Below, piece after piece: positions 23,180-36,673 of a stretch of 64,000 bases of DNA. This DNA is from Narcine bancroftii (Eukaryota). Location of the stretch: contig NC_091473.1 in the NCBI RefSeq assembly GCF_036971445.1, forward strand, positions 113,832,001 to 113,896,000, in the 5' to 3' direction. The translations under genes were made by a program, and so were the position numbers. The notes beneath the pieces were generated by a model. The model saw nothing but the letters and a program-made list of their open reading frames with translations, did not search any database and was not told the origin of the DNA. Every line of letters starts with the position of its first letter. Positions within the stretch are counted from its first letter, which is position 1.

Positions 23180-25035
23180 TATCAGAGTGCGCTGAGTCAG
23201 AGTGGAAAGTCTTTAGCTCAAAGGGCTGAGGTGATGCTGCAGGAGTTGAATTAAGAAAGGGCCACCCTATTCGTGGAACAAAAAGGATTCGGCATGTAGG
23301 CAAAGGTAAGGGCAGGTTTTAGAAATCGTACTTTTTACTCAAGTCATAAACAGTGGGAATGGCAGCCAAGGCAGGGTAATGCTCCTCTGGCAGAATGTGG
23401 GTTGTCAGCGAAGCCAGCAATATCCCTGATGACTTCACCTGCGAGACGTGCATTCAGCTGCAACTCCTGACAAGCTGAGTTAAGGAATTAGAGCTGGAGT
23501 TGGATAAACTTCAGATCATTCAGGAGGCAGAGGGGGTGATAGATGGGAGTTACAGTTACAGGAGGAGGGTAGATGGGTGACCATCAAGAGAGTGAAAGGG
23601 AACAGGCAGGTAGTGCAGTGCAGTGTACCCCTATGGCCATTGCCCTTAATAACAAGTATACCATTTTGGATGGGGATGGGCGGTTATGACCTATCAGGGA
23701 CAAGCCACGGCGATCAGGTCTCTGGCACGGAGTCTGGTCCTGTAGTGAAGGAGAAGACCCAAGTTGTTGTGATAGGGGGACAGATAAGAGGTTCTGTGGA
23801 AGAAATCTGAGTATTCCAGATGGTATGTTGTCTCCCTGGTACTGGGGTCCAGGATATCTCAGAATGAGTTCATGTCATTCTCAGGAGGGAGGGTGAGTAG
23901 CCAGATGTTGTGGTCCATATAGGGACCAATGATGAGGGTAGGAAGGGTGACGAGGTCCTGCAAGGAGAGTTCAGGGAGTTAGGTGCTCGGTTGAAGAACA
24001 GAACCTCCAGGGTTGTGATCTCAAGGATTGCTAGAAATTGGAGGAAAATGCAGCTTAGCACATTGCTAAAGACATGGTGCAGGATGGAGGGCTTTAGTTT
24101 TCTGGATCATTGGGCTCTCTTCCAGGGAAGGCGGGACTTGTTCCAACAGAACGGTTTGCTTCTGAACTGGAGGGGGAACAAATATCCTTGCGGGAAGGTT
24201 TGCTAGTGCTGTTCTGGTGAGTTTAAACTAGATTTGCAGAGTGATGGGAACCAGAGTTCAGGAGCAGATAGAGGAATGGAGGAGGGAAGAGATGATGTGA
24301 AAATTGCATGCACCACTGTAAATCAACAGATTGTACATGGTTGAAATGTCCTTAGGTGCATCTATTTCAATGCGAGAAGTATTACAGGAAAGGCAGACAA
24401 GCTAAATGCCTGGATTGGCACATGGAATTATGACGTTGTGACCATGAATGAAATATGAAGGGCATACCATTAGTTTCAAGTTACTTAGGGAGAAGGATGG
24501 GTCTGGGCCTTGGGTTGATATTTCTAAATTGAGAAAAGCCACTTTTGTGGAAATGAGAGAGGATCTACAATGCGTGAATTGGGATGAGCTGTATTTGGTC
24601 AAGGATGTGCAAGGAAAGTGGAAGACCTTCAAAGGTGAAATATTGGGAGTACAGGGTTTGTATGTTCCTGTCAGGATTAAAGGCAAGGTTAGCAGGCATA
24701 GGGAACTTTTGTTTTTGGGGGATGTTGGGGATCTGATTTGGAAGAAGAGAGAGGTGTATAGCAGGTATAGGCAACAGGGAACAAATAATGTTCTTGAGGA
24801 GTATAAAAAAAATGCAAGAAAAACCTTGAAAGAAATCAGACTTAAAAGGCATGAGGTTGCTTAGGCAGACAATGTGAAGGAAACTCCTAAGGGTTTCTAC
24901 AAGTGTATTAAGAACAAAAGGATAGTAAGGGACAAAATGTGTCTCCTTGAAGATCAAAGTGGTTGGCTTTGTATGGTGCCAAAGAGATGGGAGATATCCC
25001 AAATGTTTTTTTTTAAATCATTTATATTCACTCAG
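23180..25035 (+). mobile_element. CR1 LINE 5' half (UTR, Zn finger/esterase ORF1, internally deleted ORF2)
   Basis: VHIGTNDEGRKGDEVLQGEFRELGARLKNRTSRVVIS and WCRMEGFSFLDHW; ORF2 linker 24448-25000; 5' region matches the reverse complement of 22270-22400. Confidence 0.85.
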
Positions 25036-25039
25036 GAAA

Positions 25040-25755
25040 TGTGCACATTCTACATGGTTATATCCTAAATTGATCCTTTTTTTGGACAAATTTAATAAAA
25101 TTTCTTGAACAGGTAATAAATATTAAGCTTCCACAAGACCCTATGTTGTTTTTACTCGGAAACATTTCAGGGATTAGGCTGAAATTAAAAATTGATTTAT
25201 TTCAGAAAAAATTCTTAAAATAATGTTAGCCAGCTAGAAATTGGATCCAGATTTGGAATTGGACAGATGGCATGGAGAAATTGTGTTGTATAAAGTTGTA
25301 TATCTCTGGAAAAGATCACTTATAATTTAAGAAATAGATATGATAAATTCTTAAAAATTTGGTCTCATATAAACAATCTATTGGCATTATTATGAATATA
25401 TTATTGTAGTATATAATTATATAATTCATATTGACCTTCATTTACTCCTTGGCTATGGATTTAAAATTAGTTATTATATTTAAATAGAATTAGAGTTAGT
25501 TATTATATACTTAATTTATATGTAATTAGAATTAGTAGGTATATATACTATAAGTTTCAATCTTAAACTATCCAGTCTATCTCTTTTTCTTATTCTTTTT
25601 GTTCTTTTGTTTTCTTTTCGTTCTTTATGGGGATTTTGGAGTGGGAGGGAAGGGGGAGAAAATTGTTGGAAAAAGCATGTATTGATTTTGGTATATTATC
25701 TTTTATATTTGTATATGATACATTTAACAAATTAAATAAATTTTTTTTTAAAATC
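25040..25755 (+). mobile_element. Degraded L1/Tx1-clade LINE 3' end
   Basis: Resembles the C-terminal region of the L1 copy at 36674-37565 (EKITYNLRN); AT-rich 3' UTR with AATAAA. Confidence 0.55.
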
Positions 25756-26049
25756 TGTAAATGTTTGCCTGAGCATCTTGAATGACCAATTCCTTAATGT
25801 AATTTACCATTTTGCTTTGTCTTGACTCTGCTTTAATGTCCTCCAAATTGTCCTTATTTAAGTTTAAAGTATAAATTGTCCCCATTCTTCTCTCCTTCAA
25901 ACTAATTCCTAAATTCTGTTATATAATAATATCTCGGGGTGCCTTCATAATGAACTGGTTAATTCTGTTTTCTTGTACCTGTATGATTCCAGGTTTGCAA
26001 TAACCTACTGTCTGGTTTGGCTACAGAACTTGTTATTCTTAGAAACACT

Positions 26050-26420
26050 GGGAAATTTAGATTGTCAGAGCACAGACATGACATTTCATACAACCCTGAG
26101 ATTCTTTTTCCTGCAGGCAAGGCAAAATTACCACTTAATAGTTGTGCAAAAACAAAACTGTACACAATGAACACATGTAACAAATAAAGAAATGTAAATA
26201 ACTGCAATACAAAGAGGGAAAAAAAATTAAGTGCAAAAGAAAGAGATCTTAAATGAGTCCCTGATTGAGTTTGTTGTTGAGGAGTCTAATGGAGGAGGGG
26301 TAGCAGCTGTTCCTGAACCTAATGGTATGAGTCTTCTGGCACCTATACCGCTTGCATGATGGTAGCAACAAGAACAGAGTGTATGATGTGTGGTGATGTT
26401 GTGGGCTTTCTCCACTAGAT
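26050..26420 (-). mobile_element. Rex1-type LINE 3' end
   Basis: LFLLLPSCKRYRCQKTHTIRFRNSCYP (ORF 26249-26494) plus the family 3' tail. Confidence 0.7.
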
Positions 26421-27373
26421 TTTGCAGGGCTTTGCACTTGGGAGTATTGGTGTTTTCTTACCCCAAACTTTCTCATCCAAACTTCCTTTGCCAATCTATT
26501 TTTTTAGTCTATAATATTACTCTGATAAGCCCTTTTGTTCATCTATAGCCTGTGCCACCACATTGTTCCTGATAGGAAGCCTGTGCATTGTTCCCACAAG
26601 AGACTTCTTGCCATTATTATACCTTGTCTCTATCTGAACTACTTTTACATCCAGATTACTGAGCATGGGCCATTCCACGCTATTTATTATTGATTGACAA
26701 ACGTCTTGTAGCCTTCAATATTCAGGTTCCAATCAATGTCATCCTGCAACATGGTTATCAAACTGTACTCATTTGCGCTCTCAGACATGGACTTTATTTT
26801 AAATGTCATGTGTATACAATGCATTTCAGAATCTTTAATTTTGCCTTTTATTTTTGTAATCTTTAGACCTTATCTTTTGGTTTACCTTTAGATTTGTACT
26901 CTATCCCATTCAGTCTATTTATTGTTATTAACACCTCTCTAGGTAGCTTTCTCTCAACTCTTGACTTGCTATATCTGTTTCCTCATTTCAAGTAACTTGA
27001 GTGCACTACTGGGAAAATCCGAAACTGTCTGAGGTACTCTCTTCGCTGCTGATACCATGGTAGCGGGTTTAGAAAAAGAGGTGATGAGTTAGCATACTGG
27101 AGGGAGATTGAAAGCTTGGCTGAATGATGCACCACAACAACCTCACAACCAATGTCACCAGGAAGGGAAAACCAGAGGTGTATAATCCAGTGATCTTTGA
27201 GGGAGGGATCAGTGTTGGAGAGGGTGAGCAATTAAGTTCTTGGGAGTCACTATCTTGGAGGATCTTTCCTGGACCCAACACCATAATGGCATCACGAAGA
27301 AATCACATCACTGATTTAAATTAAGTCGAGAAATGCCACTATTTGTTAATGGTTTTGTAAATGTTTAATAGCT

Positions 27374-27976
27374 TTGGATAATCATGTTGAGGAACTTTGG
27401 GGGACATCCGATGCGCTCTAGTATTTGCCAAAGCCCTTTCCTGCTCACGGTGTCGAAGGCTTTGGTGAGGTCAACAAAGGTGATGTAGAGTCCTTTGTTT
27501 TGTTCTCTGCACTTTTCTTGGAGCTGTCTGAGGGCAAAGACCATGTCAGTAGTTCCTCTGTTTGCGCGAAAGCCGCACTGTGATTCTGGGAGAATATTCT
27601 CGGCGACACTAGGTATTATTCTATTTAGTAGAATCCTAGCGAAGGTTTTGCCTGCAATGGAGAGCAACGTGATTCCCCTGTAGTTTGAGCAGTCTGATTT
27701 CTCGCCTTTGTTTTTGTACAGGGTGATGATGGTGGCATCACGAAGATCCTGAGGCAGTTTACCTTGGTCCCAACAAAGCTTGAAAAACTCATGCAGTTTG
27801 GCATGCAGAGTTTTGCCGCCAGCCTTCCAGACTTCTGGGGGGATTCCATCCATACCTGCTGCTTTGCCACTTTTCAGTTGTTCGATTGCCTTATATGTCT
27901 CATCCAGGGTGGGAACCTCATCCAGCTCTAGCCTTAGGGGCTGTTGAGGGAGCTGGAGCAGGGCGGAATCTTTGGA
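27374..27976 (-). mobile_element. Internal RT fragment of a young RTE (BovB-like) LINE
   Basis: ORF 27365-27853 is almost identical to the copy at ~43320-43920 (DCSNYRGITLLSIAGK, ESQCGFR, FVDLTKAFD). CTTTGGATA is repeated at both ends. Confidence 0.9.
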
Positions 27977-29789
27977 TATTTAAATGAATATTAAATTTTT
28001 TTCTGGAAATTTTATATTTTTGAAAATTTTGATAGTTGAGATGCCAATGTTTGTTAGTGTCTGTGTCTCTTTAGTGGTTTGTTTATTGAAGCTTTTTCTT
28101 GCCTTGTCTTTATGATGAGATTTTATGTGCATTCTTTAATACAGGGTCTCTGCGTAGTTTGGGACTAGGTTTGTCTTAGTATTTCAGAGGGGGCCACCTC
28201 AAGTAAAGGGCCTGCAAAATCCAACTCGGGTTGTCATCTTTTGTAGAAGCTTATTTGTGTGGAGATTGGCATTTTCATATTTTTATGGATGCTTGTGGGG
28301 GAGGGGAAGAGCGAGTACAGTGTGTTTTTTTTAATAAACAAAAGAATGCTTTCGTACATTCTGAGGTTGTGAAAATGGTGACATAATTTAAAGTCTTTTC
28401 AACTATATCGTTGATTAAGATAATGTGATACAATTTGAAACAAATTGTAATTTATCTGTATTTTATTGAAGAGTGATTAACTGATTTGAGCTCCAATGAC
28501 ATCAAAATTCAGTCCAATTGGAAAATTATTACTTGTTTTTGGATTCAAGTCAATGATTTTTAAAGCTATTGTATAAATAGAAACTAAGGATAGAAATGGA
28601 TTTTTATGGAAAAATTAGGTAAACCGTTAACACTTTCCCTGTAAGTAATGGGGATAAAATTTATGATGCACTCCTTCCAATATTTTTTATAATATTCCAC
28701 CAAAACTAAATTATGCTGAACATCTATATTACATTAATTTAATGAGCTTTAGGTGCCATGGGTTTGGAAGGAAGATATCCTTTTTGACTAAAAATCCTTG
28801 ACTTCTTTTGAAGACAATATAGATTAAGTCACTGGCACTTGAAAGCTTAGTTCCACATGAAATACTTCTAATTAAACTAAGCGTTGCACAAATCTAGTTT
28901 TAAAAAATAAGAAATGGAATATCTTGTTGGAATAACTAACTCTCATGGTTCTGCAATCCCAAAATCCGTGAACTGTGAAAGCTAAAGCAAAGTACTTAGA
29001 AATATGTCATTTCTTCAGTATACTCTATAAGCTTATACCTTTAATCTCTTGGTTGTCCCACCCTGTTTTCCGATCATCCTAGGAGAAATTTATTCATAAT
29101 ATTCCTGAAAGTTTAATCAAACAATATTAAAGAAAAATTAAAAATAAGGAGTGCAGCAGTTCAAGGAGATTGGCCAAAACAATATCATCAGGGAAAATAG
29201 AGGTAAGAATTAAAAGATAAAACATAAATTAAAAATACTTCATCGCATTTGTTAATTGTCACTTGCTACTCAGCTATTTAAAAATAGCTTCTTTGAATCT
29301 TTTTTTCAATTTAAATTGGTCATTTTTAATGAATATAAGATACAATTTGAAATGAACAATCACAAGGCAGAGAAAATGTACTGCCTTAAAATGTGATGTG
29401 AAACAATTGGAACAAAGAATGAGGAAACATAAATAAATGAAATAGAGAAAACAATAAGGAGATACAGGAAGAAGATCCCCAGGCAGTGTGCACACAAATG
29501 GGTTCTTTTGGTAAATTCTATTGATATAATGAAAGATAAAACAAAATCATGAGTTTTATAAATGGGCATAGATGATTAAATCAAGAAACTAGTTCAAAAT
29601 CTTTCATGTTTTAAAAAAAAATGACATTTATATCTTAGCTGATGTATTGTGTCTGATTGTGAGTGCTAGAGTTTATGCTTTCAGATTCACTAGAATTTAA
29701 TTCGAGATGAATGACTTCATTTTGATAAGAGGTAGTTAGATCTGGGTGTTGTCTTCACTTGACCACATACATCTACATTGACACTTGAG

Positions 29790-31360
29790 GGCAGCATTTC
29801 CCTCTTCACTGTGCTATTATAGTCCTTGTTCAAGGAAATTCCTTCAGGAGTACCTGTCTGCCAGTATTTGATATATGCCTCCTTTTTCTTTCTGATCTGT
29901 GCCTATATCTCTTAACCAGAATTTCTTTACCATTTCATCCCTATCTTTTGTACTGGACTTTCCTATTCATATTCTTAAATGTCTCCTATTTGGCAGTCAT
30001 GCTCTTACTCTCTAGCATTTGTGACAGTCAACTCTTAACTAAATCCTGTCTAATCAGGTTGAAATTGGCCATGGTCCAATTTAGAATTATAACTTGAGGA
30101 CCAGTGTTTTTTTTAAATAAAAGCTAATAGAATTGTGGTCCTAAAGAGATCCCCTACTAATACCTGAGTTGTCCGACCTGTTTCATTTCTCAGTACAAAG
30201 TCTAATATCATCCCTTCCCTGTTGGCCTATTCACATATTGCTATAGAATAGGGGTCTCCAAAGTGGTTGATATCAACCCCAAGGGGTCAATAAATGCCAG
30301 AGGTTTGATAACACTGGGGAGGAGGAGATCGATTTTTAAAATAGCACCCCCTCACAAACCACCCCGCCCCCCCCAAAGGCCTGCGGATGCAAGTGCCCTT
30401 TCTGCCCTTTAGTTTGTCCTACACCCCCAAATGGAGGACCAATTAACTTGCTGCTTGAGGTGGCATTGGATGGAGAACAGAGGGCTCAAAAGCCGGAATG
30501 TCTGGCCTAAAACAGGACATATCTCCACCCTACCCCCCCCCCCCCCCCCCCCCGCCCCTGTCCAGTGCCGGGATTCCATGCCTGGGAGTCGATGAGGGAA
30601 CCACGTGGTTCCTGAAGGGGTCGATGGTCTTAAAAAGTTTGGGACACCTGCTGTAGAAAGTCCCCTTGAGCACACTTAAAGTTCACCCCAAACACTTTGG
30701 CATTTCCAGTCATTGTTATGGAAGTTAAAATCACTTACAATAACAACTTTGCCAATTTTTACACCCATCAGCAATCGCTCTTTATGCTTGATCCTCCAGT
30801 TACCATAATTTGATTGGTGGTTATCAAGGTGATTACTCTTTCATTTTCTGATTTCAACCCACACTGCCTCACACAATGGTTCTCTGACAATTCCCTTTCT
30901 GAAGACTAGTGTGATATCTCATTGTCCTGTATTTATCGACACCCTAAGGTTATCCGTTCTTGCCATTGGATTTCTTGCATTAAAATAAACAACATTAGGT
31001 TTATCTGTTTTACTTCTACGCCTGTCCTCCATCTCCACCATCAATGGACATTCTTTGTCTTCCTCAGTATCCTTTACCTTTTCAGTCCTTCTATCTCCTT
31101 CTCCTCCTGCCAGACTAGTTTAAAGCCTCCTGGTTGAACCTAGAAAATTTGCTTGCCAAAATATTAATCCCATTCTTGCTCGGGTATAATCCATCTTTTG
31201 TGTACAGGTCACCGCTGCTCCAGAAAAGATCAAGCTGAAATGCTTCTTCCTCCATCAACTGCTCAACCATGTATTCATGTGCCTTAATCTTCCTGTTCTT
31301 GCTCTCAATGCCATATCGTAATACAGAGATCACCACCATGGAGTTCCTTCTTTTGACTTG
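29790..31360 (-). mobile_element. Old degraded CR1 LINE (esterase and EN/linker fragments)
   Basis: ORF 31115-31339 VVISVL...DLYTKDGLYPSKNGINILA (esterase); flanks resemble the other CR1 copies. Confidence 0.6.
30249..30650. mobile_element. hAT (Charlie-like) MITE
   Basis: TIRs TAGGGGTCTCCAAA / TTTGGGACACCTG; 8-bp TSD CTATAGAA/CTGTAGAA. Confidence 0.8.
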
Positions 31361-31809
31361 TGATTATTTGGTATTTTAGCCAGTATTTTCACTTCACTCA
31401 ACTTTTCTAAAGCTGATGCCCTCATCAGGATCATGTTGTTTTTGGGTTCACATTTAATCGGTATTGGCTACTCTTTCCTACATTGAAACAATAGCTATTT
31501 TTCAAAAGTATTTTGTTGGCTCTAAATATATATTGAGAGGTCCTGATATCAAGAAATTCAAGTCCTTCTTTTGGAAAATGGAGAATATGAGAACATTTAT
31601 TAAGCTTCTAAATTATCAGGTTTTGATAAAGTAATTTGGACCATGCATCAATAACCAAGAAACCTAAGTTTTGGATGATGAGCCAAAGTCTATGTTAAAT
31701 TGACATTGCACAGTGAGGGGGAGGGGGGGGGGTCATAATCTGAATTGACTACTTACAAAAGTGACAGAAGCAAATTCATTGGTAATTTGTGAAGGCAACT
31801 GGATAACTT

Positions 31810-32623
31810 CAATCCCCAATCAGCGCCAATTGGCAAGAACATCTCCATCAGCACGGGAGCCCCACAGGGTTGCATACTTAGTCCCCTGCTCTATTTGCTT
31901 TACGCCTGTGACTCTGTGGCTCAGTACACCTCATTCACAAATTTGCTGATGATGCCACCATAGTGGGCTGTGTAAAAAGGGACGATGAGTTAGTATTCAG
32001 GAGGGAGATGGAAAACTTGGTTGAATGGTGTACTAACAACAACTTTGCACTCAATGTCCTCAAGGCCAAAGAGCTGTAGAGTTTAGGAAGGGAAAGCCAG
32101 AGGTGTACAATCCAATGATCATTGCAGGATCAGAGGAGGAGAGAGTCAGCAAATTTAAATTCCATTATAGGAAGGACCTTTCCTGGACCCCATCATTGTG
32201 AGGAAAGCATGTCGACTTCTTCAAGATTTTGTGGGGTTTCAGTACGTCATTGGAAACCTTGGCCAACATCTACAGATATAGAGGTAAGTGTGCTGATTGG
32301 CTGCATCACAGCCTGCTCCGGGGGCACCAATCTTTATGAGTGGAAAGCTCGGCAAAAGGTGGTGGACACAGCCCATTATATCATCGGCAAAACATTCCCC
32401 ACAACCAAGAACATATACACGGAACACTGCTGTCAAAGAGTGACAGCAACCATCAAGGATTCACGCCATCCCCAACATACTCTGTTCTCACTGCTGCCAT
32501 CAGGAAAGACCTATAGGTGCAGCACCAAGTTCAGGAACAGTTGTGATCCCTAATCTTAAACAGCAGTCTCAAGCAACGACTCATTTAAGAAATCTTACTT
32601 TGCTCATTGTTTATGACTGAATA
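31810..32623 (+). mobile_element. Rex1-type LINE 3' part, interrupted in its 3' UTR by the Gypsy element
   Basis: KFADDATIVG near 31940; SVLIGCITACSG and HPQHTLFSLLPSGKTYR. The tail resumes at 36088. Confidence 0.75.
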
Positions 32624-35600
32624 TGTAGCGGGCCGAGCGGCTGCACGGCGTGCAATGCGAAATGTCACCGGCACAGTTCTGCGGGCATGCGAACCCTAAT
32701 ACGGACGTCTGCCTACTCATCTAATGGACCGCACGCGAGGAATACTGAGTTTCGATGAACAGCACATTAGGTCTACTGCCAGAAGACGCGGGACACTTAC
32801 AAGGCTAGATTTAAACCTACCGGTCCAGTGGATCGGCAGCAATCTCATAGTGACATCCCACCTTGTCCCATGGAACCTGGAACACACAGTATATAAAAGA
32901 AGCCTGTTAACCCTGAATAAATCAGTCTTGAGTTGACTACTCTGACATGTGTTTGTATTTTGTTAGCAGCTCTACTGCAGTAGCCGCTACTGCAAGATTC
33001 GGCTGAGGTCTGAGTCTTCAGTCAAAATGGACGCAGCTATAGCACCAGCGGCAGCCGCCGCCACGGCGGCAGTTAACGCAGTTGATCTTCACTTGCCTCC
33101 TTTCTGGACAACATCACCTTAGGCTTGGCTTATTCAGGCTGAAACCCAGTTTTGTCTTTGGGGCATAACGGCGGAGGACACAAAGTTCTGGCATGTCGGA
33201 GGTGCGTTGGACGTTGCTACTGCATCTCGAATGAGCGAATTTATTGCCAATCCCCCAGTGGAGGACCAGTACACCAAGTTCCAGCAGTTTCTTCTGGATA
33301 CATTGGAATTGACAAGGCATGAGTGCGGCATGCGGCTTTTAAACATGGAAGGCCTGGGCGACGAAGCCATCAGACCTAATGAATGAGATGCTGGCATTGG
33401 CAGATGGTCATTTTTCTTGCCTGTTTTTTGAAATCTTATTCCTATCAAAACTGCCAGCTCGCGTCGCCATACCCATTGATAGCATGGATTTCTGCCATCC
33501 CCATGGCATAGTATGGGAGGCTGTATCCCTAAAACAGCAATTATTACTCCTTTTGGACTTTCTGAATTCCTCAGGATGCCGTTTGGATTGAAAAACGCTG
33601 CTCAAACCTTCCAGCGGCTGATGAACGCTTTAGCCAGTGATTTGGAGTTTGCATACATTTACTTGGATGACATCCTCAAAGCCAGTCAAACTGAGCAAGA
33701 TCATCACCTTCATTTGAGCTGCCTTTTCCAATGGCTAGAGGAATTCGGTCTTAGCATCAACCCTGGCAAATGTCAGTTTGGCAGATCCACAATTGACTTC
33801 CTAGGACACAAGATCAAGGCATACGGTATATTTCCATTATCCAGCAAGATAGACACCGTCCATGTTTTTTCCAAACCTACCACAATTAAGGGACTGCAGA
33901 AATTTCTGGGCATGATAGACATCTATCACCGGTTTATTCCTGCAGCTGCTGACATTTTTCGACCACTGTTTCTGATCGTCTCCACCAAGCACAGGGAGGT
34001 TACCTGGACATCAGAGGCGGAGGTTGCATTTTCAACTGCCAAAGAGGCATTGGCCACAGCAGCAATGTTCGCCCATTCCAACCCTGAGGCTACCTTGGTA
34101 CTGAGCACTGACGAGTACGGCTGTGGGTGCGGTTCTCGAACAGTACGTCAATGGCCATTATCAACCTCTTGCTTTCTTCAGCAGGCATTTAAGGCCGACG
34201 AAAATTAAATATAGTACATTTGATCGGGAACTGTTGGCATTGTACCTAGCCACACAGCACTTCCGATACACTTTGGAAGGTCGCCATTTCACTGTGTTTA
34301 TGGATTATAAGCCACTCATTTTTGCCTTCAGCAAAATAACAGATCCATGGTTGGCAAGATGCAGCATCACTTATCGTACGTTTCAAAATTTACGAAGGAC
34401 GTGTGCCATGTTTCAGGGAAAGACAAACTTGTCACAGATATGCTGACCAGACCGACTGTATATCATATTCAGGGTGGAATCAATATTGCTGAATTGGCCA
34501 GTGCACAGGCCATAGACCCTGATGTTCAGGCATATAAGTACAGCCTTTACTAACCTGGACATACAACAGGTGGCACCACAACAGGGCGGCCCAACCTTCC
34601 TTTGCAACATGTCTTTGACCTACTCTAGACCGTTGGTTCTGACATCATGGAGGCAACGCCTTTTCGACCAGATACACAGCTTGTCTCATTCGTCCATCAG
34701 AACATCAATCAAGCTCATGGCAAATATATACATATGGCATGGACTAAGAAAAGACGTCGCTCAATGAGCACGTATATGCTCCTCCTGTCAGATGGCCAAA
34801 ATTTAGCGGCACACCGAGGCACCTCTTCAGCTTTTTCCAGCAGTACACTGAAGGTTTGAAAACGTGCATGTGGACCTGGTCGGGCCATTGCCATTATCTC
34901 AAAACATGAGATACATTTTAATAGTGGTGGACCATTCCACGCACTGGCCAGAGGCCATCTCGTTACCATCCAGTGACACTGAAATGTGCTAGGGCATTCA
35001 TTGTCAATTGGATCACTAGATTTGGTGTCCCAACGCACATAACTTCAGACTGCAGAGCACAATTCACCTCTGCGTTATGGTCTGCCTTTGCGTACTTTTG
35101 TGGCTCACACCTGCACCACACTATGGCATACCATCCACAGTCCAATGCCCTTGTGGAACGTTTCCACCGGCAACTAAAGTCCACGTTTAAGGCCCGACTC
35201 ACTGTCCCAATTGGGTCGATGAGTTGCCATGGGTTCGACTGGGAGTTCGTATGGCCTCATCGGCAGAGATGGTTTATGACACGGTACTTACAGTTCCAGG
35301 GGACATTCATTTCACAACCAACTCTGACCTGGACATTCTTCAGCAATTTCGACACGGAATCACTAGCAGGAAACTTGTTCCTACCCGCTGGCATGAAACC
35401 CCTAAACCACATGTGCCCCCACAGCTCCTCGATGCTGATTTTGTTTTTGTACGCAGATAGGTTCAAGGAGCTCCATTACAAAGACCATATGAGGGCCCTT
35501 TCTACGTGATTAAGAGAGAGACGGAGTTTTGTTTAATTTGGACATTGGGGGACATTCGCAACTGTTTAGTTTAGACAGACTCAAGCTTGCCCATGTGGAT

Positions 35601-36087
35601 CCAACTGCACCCATTCAATGCCCCCAGCCAGATGGTGTGGGCGTCCTCCTAAGGCACATGCAACTAGTGTTTTAATTTCTGGCGACAATTCTGGGGGGGG
35701 GGGGGGGGGGGGTGATGACTGAGTGAGTGCACAGCGCGGTAATGCGAACTGTCGCAGGCATGGTTCTGCGGGCGTGTGGAACCCTAATACGGACGTCTGC
35801 CTACTCACCTTATGGACTGCACGCGAGGGATACTGAATGCCGAGGAACAGCACGTTAAGCTATTGAGTCCACTGCCAGAAGGCGCGGGACACTGACAAGG
35901 CTAGATTTAAACCTGCCGGTCCAGTGGATCGGCAGCAATCTCATAGTGACGTCCCACCTTGTCCCGTGGAACCCGGGACACACAGTATATAAAAGAAGCT
36001 TGTAAACCCTGAATAAATCAGTCTTGAGTTGACTATTCTGACGTGTGTTTGTATTTCTTTAGTAGCTCTACCGTAGTAGCCGCTACA
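32624..36087 (+). mobile_element. Internally deleted Gypsy LTR retrotransposon (LTRs 32624-32990 and ~35713-36087; gag, RT, RNase H, integrase remnants)
   Basis: Termini TGTAGCGG...CCGCTACA with TSD AATA (32620-23/36088-91); poly-G PPT ~35693-35712. Gag from ATG 33027 (VDLHLPPFW); RT RMPFGLKNAAQTFQR..YLDD; RNase H YSTFDRELLA; integrase ITSDCRAQFTS..YHPQSNALVERFHR. Frameshifted. Confidence 0.95.
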
Positions 36088-36673
36088 AATATATATTTTC
36101 TGCATTGCTCAGTTTGTTTACATTTTGTTATGGGGAATGTGAAAGAAAGCATAGTAGTGATAGTAGATTTTAATTTTCCACATATTCACTGGGATGAATG
36201 GCTTGGACTTTGTTAAATGTGCTCAGGAAAGTTTCCTAAATTAATATATAGAGGTACAAACCAGAGAGAGTGCAATATTGGATCTCTGATTAGGGATCAA
36301 GCGGGATAGGTGACAGAACTTGTGTAGGGTAACATTTTAGGTCCAGTGATCATGATGCCATTATTTTCAGGTTAATTATGGAGAAAGTTAGGTCTGGGCC
36401 TCAGGTTCAGATTCTAAATTGGAGAATGTCCAATTTTGAGGAAATTAGAAAGGATTCAGAATGTGTGGTTTGGGATAAGTTGTTTTTGGGCAAGGAAAGT
36501 AGAGGATATTCAATAGTGAAATTTTGAGAGTACAGAGTTAGTATGTTCCTGTCAGAATTAAAGCCAAGATTAGCAGGCATGAACCTTGGATTTTGAGGAA
36601 TATTGGGGATCTGGTTCAGAGGAACAGAGAGGTATATAACAGGAAGAGGCAACATGGAGCAAATGAGGTTCTT

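Noticed and set aside
28000-29780. AT-rich unassigned stretch as hidden exons or ncRNA
   Set aside because: No recognisable peptide, consistent splice pair or structure; probably old repeat debris. It cannot be resolved without alignment.
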